Below are positions 49,371-57,699 of a DNA stretch of 64,000 nucleotides, piece by piece; position 1 is the first letter of the stretch; every line of letters begins with the position of its first letter. The notes under the pieces are model-generated. The model searched no databases, had not been told where the DNA came from, and saw nothing but the letters and a program-made list of their open reading frames with translations. Origin of the DNA: a virus; the IMG/VR virus record IMGVR_UViG_3300017963_000228, positions 24,663 to 88,662 of that record. One strand, written 5' to 3'. A program made the translations under genes and the position numbers.

Positions 49371-49712
49371 ATGCGGATTGGTAATCTTAGAACCAAACAC
49401 AAAACCATTGAAGGAAAGGATAAATACATTGTACAGGGTAAAAAGAGGGGTGGTGGATGGGAAAGTTGTTATGATCCTGCCAGAGAAGAAATGGGTTTGG
49501 ATAAATGGCTTATTTTTGATCTTGAATATGATGCTTGCGGCATGGTTGTATCTTTTGCTCAGTGGTTTCAAGAGTATAATCGGGAAAATGCTGTAAGACT
49601 GACAAAACAACAAAGGGAAATCATTAAAAAACGAATTGGTAATCGACAAGAAAGGCGTAAACGTAAATCATTAGCAAATAAATCTAAACGAAAGAATAGG
49701 AAAAAGAAATGA
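49371..49712 (+). CDS. Hypothetical protein with basic C-terminus
   Basis: GGAGG RBS; coupled ORF. Confidence 0.55.
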   Translation: MRIGNLRTKHKTIEGKDKYIVQGKKRGGGWESCYDPAREEMGLDKWLIFDLEYDACGMVVSFAQWFQEYNRENAVRLTKQQREIIKKRIGNRQERRKRKSLANKSKRKNRKKK

Positions 49713-50311
49713 AATCATTTATCGTAACAATGCTCATTCTTCTATTTACTATTCCTGCTATCGCTGAAAAAAACGTAATGGTTGAAACGGCTCTGCATTA
49801 TTTTACAACTGATGAATCTGTAACACTTAGATTTAATACCGTTGAAAATGCAACTGATTATGAAGTATATCTATATTCCATTGATCGCAAGGAATACAAT
49901 ATGAAGTGGATTGTTACGGCTGATGAAACTGATCCTACTATTGGAACATTAACCTTTAGATTACCCCGTTCTGGTTTTTATAAGATGCTGATTCGTTCAC
50001 GTAAACAATTGAATCATACGGAATCATCACAGGTAACATTAGCAATCAATGCCAAAACTACCAAAGAAGAATTATTGGAATATATGAAGGATGGTTGTAC
50101 CGTTGGTGATTGGTGGGATACCAATCTCACATTGGATGAATTAAAGGCATTAGCCCATCAAGAAGGATATGTATGTAGTGGTTTTAATGATTCAACCGAT
50201 GGATCTAATTCAATGGTTATTGACCCCGATTCAGGTGTGTCTTACAATCGGGGATGGACACTATTTGGCTATCCCGCACCACCATCTGGTGGCGGCGTTT
50301 CGATACAATAA
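49709..50311 (+). CDS. Exported FN3-like protein
   Basis: Signal peptide ending AIA-E; VTLRFNTVENATDYEVY; terminal PAPP. Confidence 0.55.
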   Translation: MKSFIVTMLILLFTIPAIAEKNVMVETALHYFTTDESVTLRFNTVENATDYEVYLYSIDRKEYNMKWIVTADETDPTIGTLTFRLPRSGFYKMLIRSRKQLNHTESSQVTLAINAKTTKEELLEYMKDGCTVGDWWDTNLTLDELKALAHQEGYVCSGFNDSTDGSNSMVIDPDSGVSYNRGWTLFGYPAPPSGGGVSIQ

Positions 50312-50336
50312 CAACATTTATTTAAGGAGAAGAAAA

Positions 50337-50684
50337 ATGCCCGAACTCGTAAAGAAAGCCATGTTGACCTTTAACCCTTCTGGATCACCCGACATTGCCG
50401 GTTATTTCCTTTATTTGCAGGATGCCGATAATGGTTTGGTGACTCGCGCCACGGCAGCAGCCAAAGTTGATCTTGGCAATCCTGCATTGGATGAAAATGG
50501 CCTTATTTCTATCGATCTTACCACCATTCCTGAACTGGCTACCGAAAACAATTACAGCCTTGGTATTGCCAGTTATGATGCTGCTGGTAATGAATCAGCC
50601 CTTTTGACCGCTGGGTTGGAGGAAGTCAATCTGGACTTTACTGCGCCGGACCCTCCGACGAATGCCAGTATCTCTTACGTGTAA
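50337..50684 (+). CDS. FN3-like protein
   Basis: LTFNPSGSPDIAGYFLY...YSLGIASYDAAGNES...DFTAPDPP; start MPELVK with AAGGAG RBS. Confidence 0.7.
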   Translation: MPELVKKAMLTFNPSGSPDIAGYFLYLQDADNGLVTRATAAAKVDLGNPALDENGLISIDLTTIPELATENNYSLGIASYDAAGNESALLTAGLEEVNLDFTAPDPPTNASISYV

Positions 50685-50855
50685 TTGATGGGATGCATGG
50701 CAATGGAATGTTAAAAAGAATGTTGCTTAAAATTTATGATACCTTTTGCGATGACTTTTAATAAATGTTGCACAGTATCCTTCAGGAATTAAGCCGCGCA
50801 CAGTGCAGAAGTTTTGGCAACGTTTTCTTCTGCACTATCTCATTTGGAGAAAATA

Positions 50856-51110
50856 ATGAATAAATTAATAAACAAAGCTGAATTAGTAACAACCATGTTT
50901 CGTAAAAGTGATCCTAAAAAACCATTAACCAAACACGAACAGAATGTTGCATTGTTAAATCTGGAGCAGCATGTTAATAGTTTCCCCCTGTTAAATTTCG
51001 ATGATGTTACAATCTTAGTTCGGTTACATTTGAAAGGAGAACCCAATGAAGAACTTGATCCTGATACTTGTACTCTTGATAATCGGCATCCCAACCTTCG
51101 TTGTGGCTGA
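50856..51110 (+). CDS. Hypothetical protein
   Basis: Start MNKLIN with GGAG RBS. Confidence 0.45.
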   Translation: MNKLINKAELVTTMFRKSDPKKPLTKHEQNVALLNLEQHVNSFPLLNFDDVTILVRLHLKGEPNEELDPDTCTLDNRHPNLRCG

Positions 51111-51393
51111 TGATTATTCCTCCAGTTTTGAAATGGGTATGATGGCATGGGAATCAGCCAATTGGAATACAAACCGTAGTTCCATAGATGTTGACGTTCA
51201 TATTAATAGCTCCGGTTTTTCTTCTGCTCCCGCAAATCATGAAGGTATTTTTAGAGTAATTCGTGAACAAAGAGAATATAAATTAATTAAGTCATTACAA
51301 AGGAGAGCAGAATATGAATACCGACCGTATTCAGAAAATCAAGCCGAAAGAAATTTCAAAGCGAATTTCTACAATGAGTGGGAAGATCGCTAA
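51046..51393 (+). CDS. Exported hypothetical protein
   Basis: AAGGAG RBS; signal peptide MKNLILILVLLIIGIPTFVVA. Confidence 0.55.
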   Translation: MKNLILILVLLIIGIPTFVVADDYSSSFEMGMMAWESANWNTNRSSIDVDVHINSSGFSSAPANHEGIFRVIREQREYKLIKSLQRRAEYEYRPYSENQAERNFKANFYNEWEDR

Positions 51394-51592
51394 AAAATGT
51401 CGGCGCTGGGATATGTATAAAATATACGTATCTACAATGGTTACAGTTATTGCTTTTGTTTTAATTATAATCATGTATATGATTTCACTTTGGAGTGATG
51501 TATTCATGCAGGAATTTAAAAATGTTATTAAAGAACTGCATCCGAACACTATGAAAGAATTTGTTAAAAATAAAAACAATGAAACTGAATAA
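51314..51592 (+). CDS. Small membrane protein
   Basis: One TM helix; start uncertain. Confidence 0.45.
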   Translation: MNTDRIQKIKPKEISKRISTMSGKIAKKCRRWDMYKIYVSTMVTVIAFVLIIIMYMISLWSDVFMQEFKNVIKELHPNTMKEFVKNKNNETE

Positions 51593-53090
51593 ATTTTATA
51601 CTGGCATTGGTTCCAGAGAAGTATATCCTTATGTTTTTAAGATGGGTATGCTTATTGCCCAAGAATTGGCTAATTACGGCTTTATTCTGCGATCTGGTGG
51701 TGCTGAAGGAATGGATACTGCTTTTGAACAGGGGTGTGATGCTGTAGATGGCCGAAAAGAAATTTATTTACCATGGAAAAATTTTAATCAGAATCCATCA
51801 CATCTTTATTCTCCTTCAAATTTAGCATTTGAATATGCTGCTGCATTTCATCCTAAATGGAATCAACTTTCAGATGGTGTTAAAAAGCTTCATGCACGTA
51901 ATTCCCATCAAGTATTGGGTTTTGATTTGGAAACCCCTTCCCGTTGTGTCATATGCTATTCTGAAGGTTCTGGTGGAACAGAACAGGCACTACGCATTGC
52001 CAAAGAAATTGATATACCTATAATTAATCTGTTTGATTATGATTCTTCCCTTTGGGATATGCAAACTCATTCTGGACGTAAGGAAATTCTTCAATCGATT
52101 CTTAAAGATATATTATGTATCAGATATAAACTAAAGGTTGCTAAAAAACCCATTGAGTTTATTCGTCAGTTTAAAGGGAAAAATGTATTTCTCAGTAATT
52201 TTTACACTTCTGAATTCATTTATAACGGTCTAAGATACTTTACGGTTGAGAATGCTTTTCAATCACATAAAACGAATCCTCCAAGTGAACGCATTCGTGT
52301 TGCCGGTAGTCCCTCTTTGGCCAAGCGACTTGGTAAAAAGGTTATATTGCGTGATGATTGGGATTTGATTAAAGACAATCTCATGCTGGAATTGTTAAAA
52401 GCAAAGTTTTCACAGAATGATGATCTTCGTAAAAAACTACTTAATACCGATGATGCTTATTTAGAAGAAGGAAATTGGTGGCATGACAATTATTGGGGTA
52501 ATTGTGATTGTGATGACTGTTCCCGTATTCAAGGAGAGAATAAGCTGGGCCAATTACTTATGGAAGTTCGGGAACTCTTAAAAAATCCTCCCGTTTTCTG
52601 TAAACTTCACAATCACAATCGTTATGATGCTAAATGCACTGATATGTCCTGTGAATTCTGTGATCGGTATTATGATGAAAAAAGAAAAATCTGGTGGTAT
52701 CATCCTGAATCAGAATCAGTGTTGTTAGCCACTTATAAAGATATTGAAGAATCCGATTCAGCGGATATGCTTCTCAATGTCGATGATAAAATAAAAACCA
52801 GAGTTGTTAATAAAAATGAAGGTGATGAATATGATATTTATATCGGCAGAGGATCTAAATGGGGAAACCCATATAGAATAACAGCTACCCGTTCAAGAGA
52901 GGAATCAATTAAACAGTTTCGTAATTATGCAAAAAACAGTTCTAAAATAATGAAATCAATTTTAGTTCTTCGTGGTAAAAGGCTGGGTTGCCACTGTGTT
53001 CCTGAAGATTGCCATGGAGATGTTTTGGCTGAATTAGCAGAAAATGAACATTTGAAAAATGGTGGTAAACTTGGAGTCTACAATGACTGA
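51579..53090 (+). CDS. SLOG(DprA-like)-NADAR-DUF4326 multidomain protein
   Basis: YTGIGSR...LRSGGAEGMD...GGTEQALRIA; FLSNFY...AKFSQN...LEEGNWWHDNYWG...GENKLGQLLMEVR; YIGRGSKWGNPY...LGCHC.PEDCHGDVL. Confidence 0.88.
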   Translation: MKLNKFYTGIGSREVYPYVFKMGMLIAQELANYGFILRSGGAEGMDTAFEQGCDAVDGRKEIYLPWKNFNQNPSHLYSPSNLAFEYAAAFHPKWNQLSDGVKKLHARNSHQVLGFDLETPSRCVICYSEGSGGTEQALRIAKEIDIPIINLFDYDSSLWDMQTHSGRKEILQSILKDILCIRYKLKVAKKPIEFIRQFKGKNVFLSNFYTSEFIYNGLRYFTVENAFQSHKTNPPSERIRVAGSPSLAKRLGKKVILRDDWDLIKDNLMLELLKAKFSQNDDLRKKLLNTDDAYLEEGNWWHDNYWGNCDCDDCSRIQGENKLGQLLMEVRELLKNPPVFCKLHNHNRYDAKCTDMSCEFCDRYYDEKRKIWWYHPESESVLLATYKDIEESDSADMLLNVDDKIKTRVVNKNEGDEYDIYIGRGSKWGNPYRITATRSREESIKQFRNYAKNSSKIMKSILVLRGKRLGCHCVPEDCHGDVLAELAENEHLKNGGKLGVYND

Positions 53091-53463
53091 TAAAACATTT
53101 TACGATATTAACTACAAACAGTTTACTACGATGGCTGCTCTTTTAATAAGAATAAAAGGAGATCATTTAGACTCTGATAATTTTTCAGGTACTACAGATT
53201 GTCCTTTTTGTGGAGAAAAGGTTGGATACGCATTTCTTAATGGTGGGTGCCAATTCAAAAGTATGAAATGCGTAAATAAGAAGTGCGCTTTAAATTACAT
53301 TTGGTTGCAAATCGAACGTATGGAAAAGGAGGAAGAAACTAATGTCGAAGAAACACACACGGAAACAACCATTGAGATTCCCAAGGGGAGGAGCAAGGCC
53401 AATGAAGAACGTAACACCGGGACAGCAGAAACCGAATGCACAAGTGAATGTAGACTTAGATAA
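53083..53463 (+). CDS. Zn-ribbon hypothetical protein
   Basis: CPFCG...CVNKKC; GGAG RBS. Confidence 0.55.
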   Translation: MTDKTFYDINYKQFTTMAALLIRIKGDHLDSDNFSGTTDCPFCGEKVGYAFLNGGCQFKSMKCVNKKCALNYIWLQIERMEKEEETNVEETHTETTIEIPKGRSKANEERNTGTAETECTSECRLR

Positions 53464-53812
53464 GCTACCTGATATCTTCTGCTTGAGTTGCGGTGGTAGA
53501 GAGTTTATTCAAATCACCCATCTTAAACGTATGACAAAACTTCTCTCACCGAATGGTCAGGAAGGAATCATCAACGCCAATATGCTGCGTTGTGAAAATC
53601 CAGAATGCAAAAAGGTATTCGATGTAAATGAATATCAAAAATGGGAGAGGGAGAAGGAACAGGCTGAACTGGAAAAAGCAGTTAAAGCGCAAGAAGCACT
53701 TAAAGTCGATGACAGTGCAGATCCCGATACGACCATGTGCCGTAACTGTGGTACGGTCCATCAAATTAACACTGATTGTCCCGAATGTTCAGGCACCGTT
53801 AAAGGGGAATAA
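53342..53812 (+). CDS. Double Zn-ribbon protein
   Basis: CLSCG...CENPEC; CRNCG...CPEC; AAGGAGG RBS. Confidence 0.6.
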   Translation: MSKKHTRKQPLRFPRGGARPMKNVTPGQQKPNAQVNVDLDKLPDIFCLSCGGREFIQITHLKRMTKLLSPNGQEGIINANMLRCENPECKKVFDVNEYQKWEREKEQAELEKAVKAQEALKVDDSADPDTTMCRNCGTVHQINTDCPECSGTVKGE

Positions 53813-53814
53813 AA

Positions 53815-53961
53815 TTGTCTGGTAATGAATTTTACAATCAAACGGATAATCAATTAATTCTGGCTCTGTGTGCGTGGCGATTCGACAAAAATATAGATTC
53901 AGAAAAATGGGTTAAGCTTGTCGAAGAAATCGAACGCAGACTTAAAAAAAGGAGAGTTTAA
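53815..53961 (+). CDS. Small hypothetical protein (48 aa)
   Basis: TTG start with AAGGGG RBS; fills gap exactly; stop overlaps next ATG. Confidence 0.45.
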   Translation: MSGNEFYNQTDNQLILALCAWRFDKNIDSEKWVKLVEEIERRLKKRRV

Positions 53962-54188
53962 TGGCAAAACAAAGACAAATCATTGAAGAAGATCCTATGG
54001 ATGATATCTGTTACGATGTAACTTTTGCTTTCAGACCGGGACAAAAGGTTATTACCAAGTTCAATGAAACAGGATATATCACCAGTTGTCAGGTTAATGT
54101 AAAAGATGTACATATGTATTATATCGAAACCGGCCTTGATAAAGGTGGTTGGTTATATCCAGAAGATTTCAATCCTGTGTTTGAATAA
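53961..54188 (+). CDS. Small SH3-like hypothetical protein
   Basis: FRPGQKVIT...GYI...YYIET...W; AGGAG RBS. Confidence 0.55.
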   Translation: MAKQRQIIEEDPMDDICYDVTFAFRPGQKVITKFNETGYITSCQVNVKDVHMYYIETGLDKGGWLYPEDFNPVFE

Positions 54189-54213
54189 TCAGTAAAATAC
54201 TACAAATCAAAGG

Positions 54214-54681
54214 ATGCTTCAGCAATGGAGCATCCTTTCTCACTTGGGGGTGAGCATGGTATTTTCTTATGCCTTTAAATTAATTGCATCTTCGATTTTA
54301 TCTTATATTGTCTGTCGTTTTTTCATTAATTTTATGCTTAATTCATATAGTGAATGGTTTGCCGCCTTTTCAATTTTTGTTTGTATCTTCTTTTTTATAT
54401 TTACAACCATCAAATACTTCATCGATCAATTCAAACGTGAAAAACCTCCCACTGGCTTTGTCGTGCAAGGCATTGAGTATTTCTATGATCCCCGTACCAA
54501 TGAAACTATTACAATGGACGTTGCCAAGGGCAATCCTGCCTTAATCATGTATGATCTTATGATTCGTCAGGATAAACGAGTCCGACAAGATCCTTATGTA
54601 AGGGATATGGTTTGTAAAATGGCTAATTATTGCGATAAAAGGATTGATAATACCCATAAACATATGAAATACATAGGATAG
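54214..54681 (+). CDS. Membrane protein
   Basis: Two TM helices. Confidence 0.55.
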   Translation: MLQQWSILSHLGVSMVFSYAFKLIASSILSYIVCRFFINFMLNSYSEWFAAFSIFVCIFFFIFTTIKYFIDQFKREKPPTGFVVQGIEYFYDPRTNETITMDVAKGNPALIMYDLMIRQDKRVRQDPYVRDMVCKMANYCDKRIDNTHKHMKYIG

Positions 54682-54685
54682 AATT

Positions 54686-54907
54686 ATGTTTTATTTCTGG
54701 TTTCTCTGGCAATTTGATATCTCTAATATTAATATTGATCTTCCAATTAAAGAATGGAAATGTACACAACGCACCAAAGATATCTTTATTGATTCATTTG
54801 TTTATGATTTAGGCATTAAAGATAAATCAACTATTCAGCAAATACATGAAATTTCTACTTTATCATGGGAAAAAGATAATAAATGTTGTGTTTACATTAA
54901 AAAGTAA
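54686..54907 (+). CDS. Hypothetical protein
   Basis: 73-aa ORF in operon. Confidence 0.4.
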   Translation: MFYFWFLWQFDISNINIDLPIKEWKCTQRTKDIFIDSFVYDLGIKDKSTIQQIHEISTLSWEKDNKCCVYIKK

Positions 54908-54917
54908 AGGAAAAAAA

Positions 54918-55130
54918 ATGAAACTTTCAGATCAATTAATAGGAATAAAAATGGATGGATTTCGTTTAATGACTGAAGTACAAGTTGCTGAAGCATTGAA
55001 TATCTCTGTTTCTAAATTAAGAAAGGAACGATTAGAAAAATCAGGTATGCCTTATTATAAAATAGGTGCCTGTGTTAGATATAGTCCTATAGACATTAAA
55101 AAATACCTTAAATCAAAATTGGGGCATTAA
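54918..55130 (+). CDS. Excisionase/AlpA-like HTH DNA-binding protein
   Basis: LMTEVQVAEALNISVSKLRKER...PYYKIGACVRY. Confidence 0.85.
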   Translation: MKLSDQLIGIKMDGFRLMTEVQVAEALNISVSKLRKERLEKSGMPYYKIGACVRYSPIDIKKYLKSKLGH

Positions 55131-55352
55131 ATGATTGAAAAAGAAACCAATCCATCCATGATTCGATTTAACAAGATCATGGAGCGCCGGGAAATGGTCA
55201 AAGGTTTGACCTGTCATCATAAAAAGGATATCTGTTTGGACGAATTCGGAAGACCATATTGGATGTGTGAAAAGAATAACAAAGAATGTATGATTGAAGG
55301 GCAATGCCCCAGCACTAAACCTAAACGTCAGCGGCTAAAGGTAAAAAAATGA
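55131..55352 (+). CDS. Cys-rich hypothetical protein
   Basis: 73 aa, five Cys. Confidence 0.5.
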   Translation: MIEKETNPSMIRFNKIMERREMVKGLTCHHKKDICLDEFGRPYWMCEKNNKECMIEGQCPSTKPKRQRLKVKK

Positions 55353-55573
55353 AAAATAAAAAGCCCAACAGCATCGAAATCAATATGCTTCCTATTATTT
55401 ACACTATAGGAATATTGTTATTTCTGGTAGGCGGCAACTGGTTCCTGATTGTTAAAAATACACCTGTTTATACGTACCTTATTATATATGGTATTCTTTT
55501 AATCGCAATTGGTTTTATTATTTCATTGAATAAGTCACCAGATCAAAACCTCCAAAGGCGAATTCGGCGTTAG
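55349..55573 (+). CDS. Small two-TM membrane protein
   Basis: Two hydrophobic helices. Confidence 0.55.
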   Translation: MKNKKPNSIEINMLPIIYTIGILLFLVGGNWFLIVKNTPVYTYLIIYGILLIAIGFIISLNKSPDQNLQRRIRR

Positions 55574-55588
55574 AAAGGAGGATTAAAC

Positions 55589-55981
55589 ATGTTGATTAAA
55601 GAATTCATTGAAAAATTCCGCTGGTTCAATCCAGATGCATCCATTTGTATCGATGGTGTTCCCATTAAAGATATTAAAATCATGCATAGTACCAAAAAAG
55701 GCGTTGAACCGTATAATTGTCAATCAATCAATATCAAAACCATTGATGTATCGCAAATACCCCCTGAAGATGATCATATTATTGATCATGTCGTATGTTC
55801 CTATCCAAAACATTGCATGAACCGTGAATATCATCCTGATCAACCTGATTGCCAAGCTTGTTTTGATGAAAATCACCGTATCTTCCTTTTAAATGCAGCA
55901 TCTTCAATGGAATCCAAAAGTGGTATTGTTAAGTATGATCATGATATACCCTCATTCTTAAATGGTAATAAGGAGGATTGA
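55589..55981 (+). CDS. Hypothetical protein
   Basis: AAGGAGG RBS; MLIKEFIEKF..FNPDA N-terminus. Confidence 0.6.
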   Translation: MLIKEFIEKFRWFNPDASICIDGVPIKDIKIMHSTKKGVEPYNCQSINIKTIDVSQIPPEDDHIIDHVVCSYPKHCMNREYHPDQPDCQACFDENHRIFLLNAASSMESKSGIVKYDHDIPSFLNGNKED

Positions 55982-56202
55982 TTTTGCTTAAAAGAACTCA
56001 GGAAAAAGATCATATCTGTTATGATATCGGCAATGATTCCGTAAAACTCACAATAGGCGATGAAACATATCATTTAGGACGTGTCGATATTAAAATCAAA
56101 CGCTATCATCATAAAGTTCAGATCATACTGGATGATATGACGTGCCACGTTGCACCGATGCCGATTTTTTTAAATCAACGGCATAAAAAGGAAACCAAAT
56201 GA
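55978..56202 (+). CDS. Hypothetical protein
   Basis: Coupled ORF with AGGAGG RBS. Confidence 0.5.
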   Translation: MILLKRTQEKDHICYDIGNDSVKLTIGDETYHLGRVDIKIKRYHHKVQIILDDMTCHVAPMPIFLNQRHKKETK

Positions 56203-56360
56203 AGAATCATGAGATTCAAATCTATTATCAAGGCACCAATATGGAAATGTTCAAAATCATCTGTTATACAACTAATTCTTATATTGATCTCCTCCGCAAA
56301 CCTAATTTCTGTCCCATGTGTGGTGAATTAATCAATCTATCTTATAAGGAGGATCAATGA
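56199..56360 (+). CDS. Small protein with FCPMCG motif (53 aa)
   Basis: Hand translation MKNHEIQIY...PNFCPMCGEL; ATGA overlaps on both ends. Confidence 0.55.
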   Translation: MKNHEIQIYYQGTNMEMFKIICYTTNSYIDLLRKPNFCPMCGELINLSYKEDQ

Positions 56361-56575
56361 AATTCACTCTTTATTGGAAAAATGGTAAAAAGGATGAAAT
56401 CTTTGGTAATGATCTACCGGATGCCTTATTGAAACATCAATTAACGTATAGACCAAATCATATTGCCTGTAATCTTGATTTCTATACCATCGGTGATGAT
56501 GCACAACCTTATAATTGGAATGCCAAATGCAAATGCTGGTTCAAACCCGGTACGCTAATGGATGATATCAATTAA
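56357..56575 (+). CDS. Hypothetical protein
   Basis: AAGGAGG RBS; FTLYWKNGKKDEIFG. Confidence 0.6.
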   Translation: MKFTLYWKNGKKDEIFGNDLPDALLKHQLTYRPNHIACNLDFYTIGDDAQPYNWNAKCKCWFKPGTLMDDIN

Positions 56576-56611
56576 CTATTGACAATATTATAACCAATCA
56601 ATGCATAAATC

Positions 56612-56652
56612 AATCGCTGGGCATGGTCAAAAGACCTCCCGGCGATTTTTTT
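56612..56652 (+). terminator. Intrinsic terminator ending the rightward operon
   Basis: aatcgctggg / cccggcgatt stem plus T7. Confidence 0.75.
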
Positions 56653-57168
56653 GCCTTAATTTGCTTTAATCCCTTCATAATTCCCCATATTCAATCAAAA
56701 TTCCTCATATTCGATTAAAATCGTTAAAAATTAACCTATTTTCCATTAAATAATGGTCTTATGGCACTCCTGCGGTTAATCTACTGATGGCCTGATATGA
56801 TCTTTGATGATTGAATAATCGAATTTTTTTAAAATTTAAAAATACAAAACTATATAATCCGATTGATTTACATTGATGATTTTCGATTTTTAATTAATCA
56901 AAAATTTAGCTCTTGACCTCTTACGCTGTAATTCGGATCGGGCATTGAATGGTCGATTGAATGGCATGATTCATGCATTGAATCAATTGAATTGCTCATT
57001 GCTTATCAATTAATCAATAAATAAGCAATTGCGATTGATTGCTTTTGACTTATTCAATAATTAGTCAATTGATAACTTGAATGAATTGGATTGATTCAAC
57101 TGGTATTGATTGCCTTGATTAGCTGAAAGCATTTACTTGGATTGATACCCTTGATTAATTCAAATAGG

Positions 57169-57226
57169 ATTGATTGATTCAATTCATATGTTTATTGATT
57201 GATTCAATTCATATGTTTATTGATTG
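57169..57226. repeat. 25-bp tandem repeat (2.3 copies)
   Basis: attgattgattcaattcatatgttt x2 + attgattg. Confidence 0.85.
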
Positions 57227-57374
57227 CTTTTAATTGGCTTTATATTGGATTGATTCAATAGGCTATAGAATACTATTAAACATTGTTTATATGCTCATAT
57301 ATCGCATATGGTTTGATTCAATGATTTATATTGTTTTGATTCTTTTCCCTTAAAATATAGACTATCAAGGCAAT

Positions 57375-57407
57375 AAAAAAGGGAATGCAATATAACAGCA
57401 TTCCCTT
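57375..57407 (-). terminator. Intrinsic terminator ending the leftward early operon
   Basis: aagggaatgc / gcattccctt stem with T6 on minus strand. Confidence 0.75.
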
Positions 57408-57431
57408 GTTTTAAACGATATATTTTAAACG

Positions 57432-57635
57432 TTATTCGTTAATGCCTAATACATAATCAATGTAAATATTGGCAATCCTTTTGCTTAAAGATAATTCAAT
57501 ATCTGTTATATAATCCCCTAATACATGCGAATAATAATGACAGTAATTAATAAAGGAATCATTATAATTCATTCCCATATAATACTGTTTATCCTTTAAA
57601 TGATTCAATATAGCCTGTATTGTTTCTGCTTTCAT
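57432..57635 (-). CDS. Hypothetical protein
   Basis: Start MKAETIQ with AAGGA RBS. Confidence 0.5.
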   Translation of the reverse strand: MKAETIQAILNHLKDKQYYMGMNYNDSFINYCHYYSHVLGDYITDIELSLSKRIANIYIDYVLGINE

Positions 57636-57653
57636 AATGCTTTTATCCTTTAT

Positions 57654-57687
57654 AAAGGGAATGACCATTAAAAGCATCATTCCCTTT
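57654..57687 (-). terminator. Stem-loop after 372-aa gene
   Basis: aaagggaatga / tcattcccttt; same stem sequence as 57379-57407. Confidence 0.55.
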
Positions 57688-57699
57688 TAGTTTAATTGA

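Noticed and set aside
54918-55130. Excisionase as evidence for an integrated prophage
   Set aside because: No integrase, att site or host genes in the window; such HTH proteins are common in non-integrating phages
57169-57226. Possible CRISPR/mini-array in the repeat-rich non-coding gap
   Set aside because: Copies are directly adjacent with no spacers, and no cas genes are present
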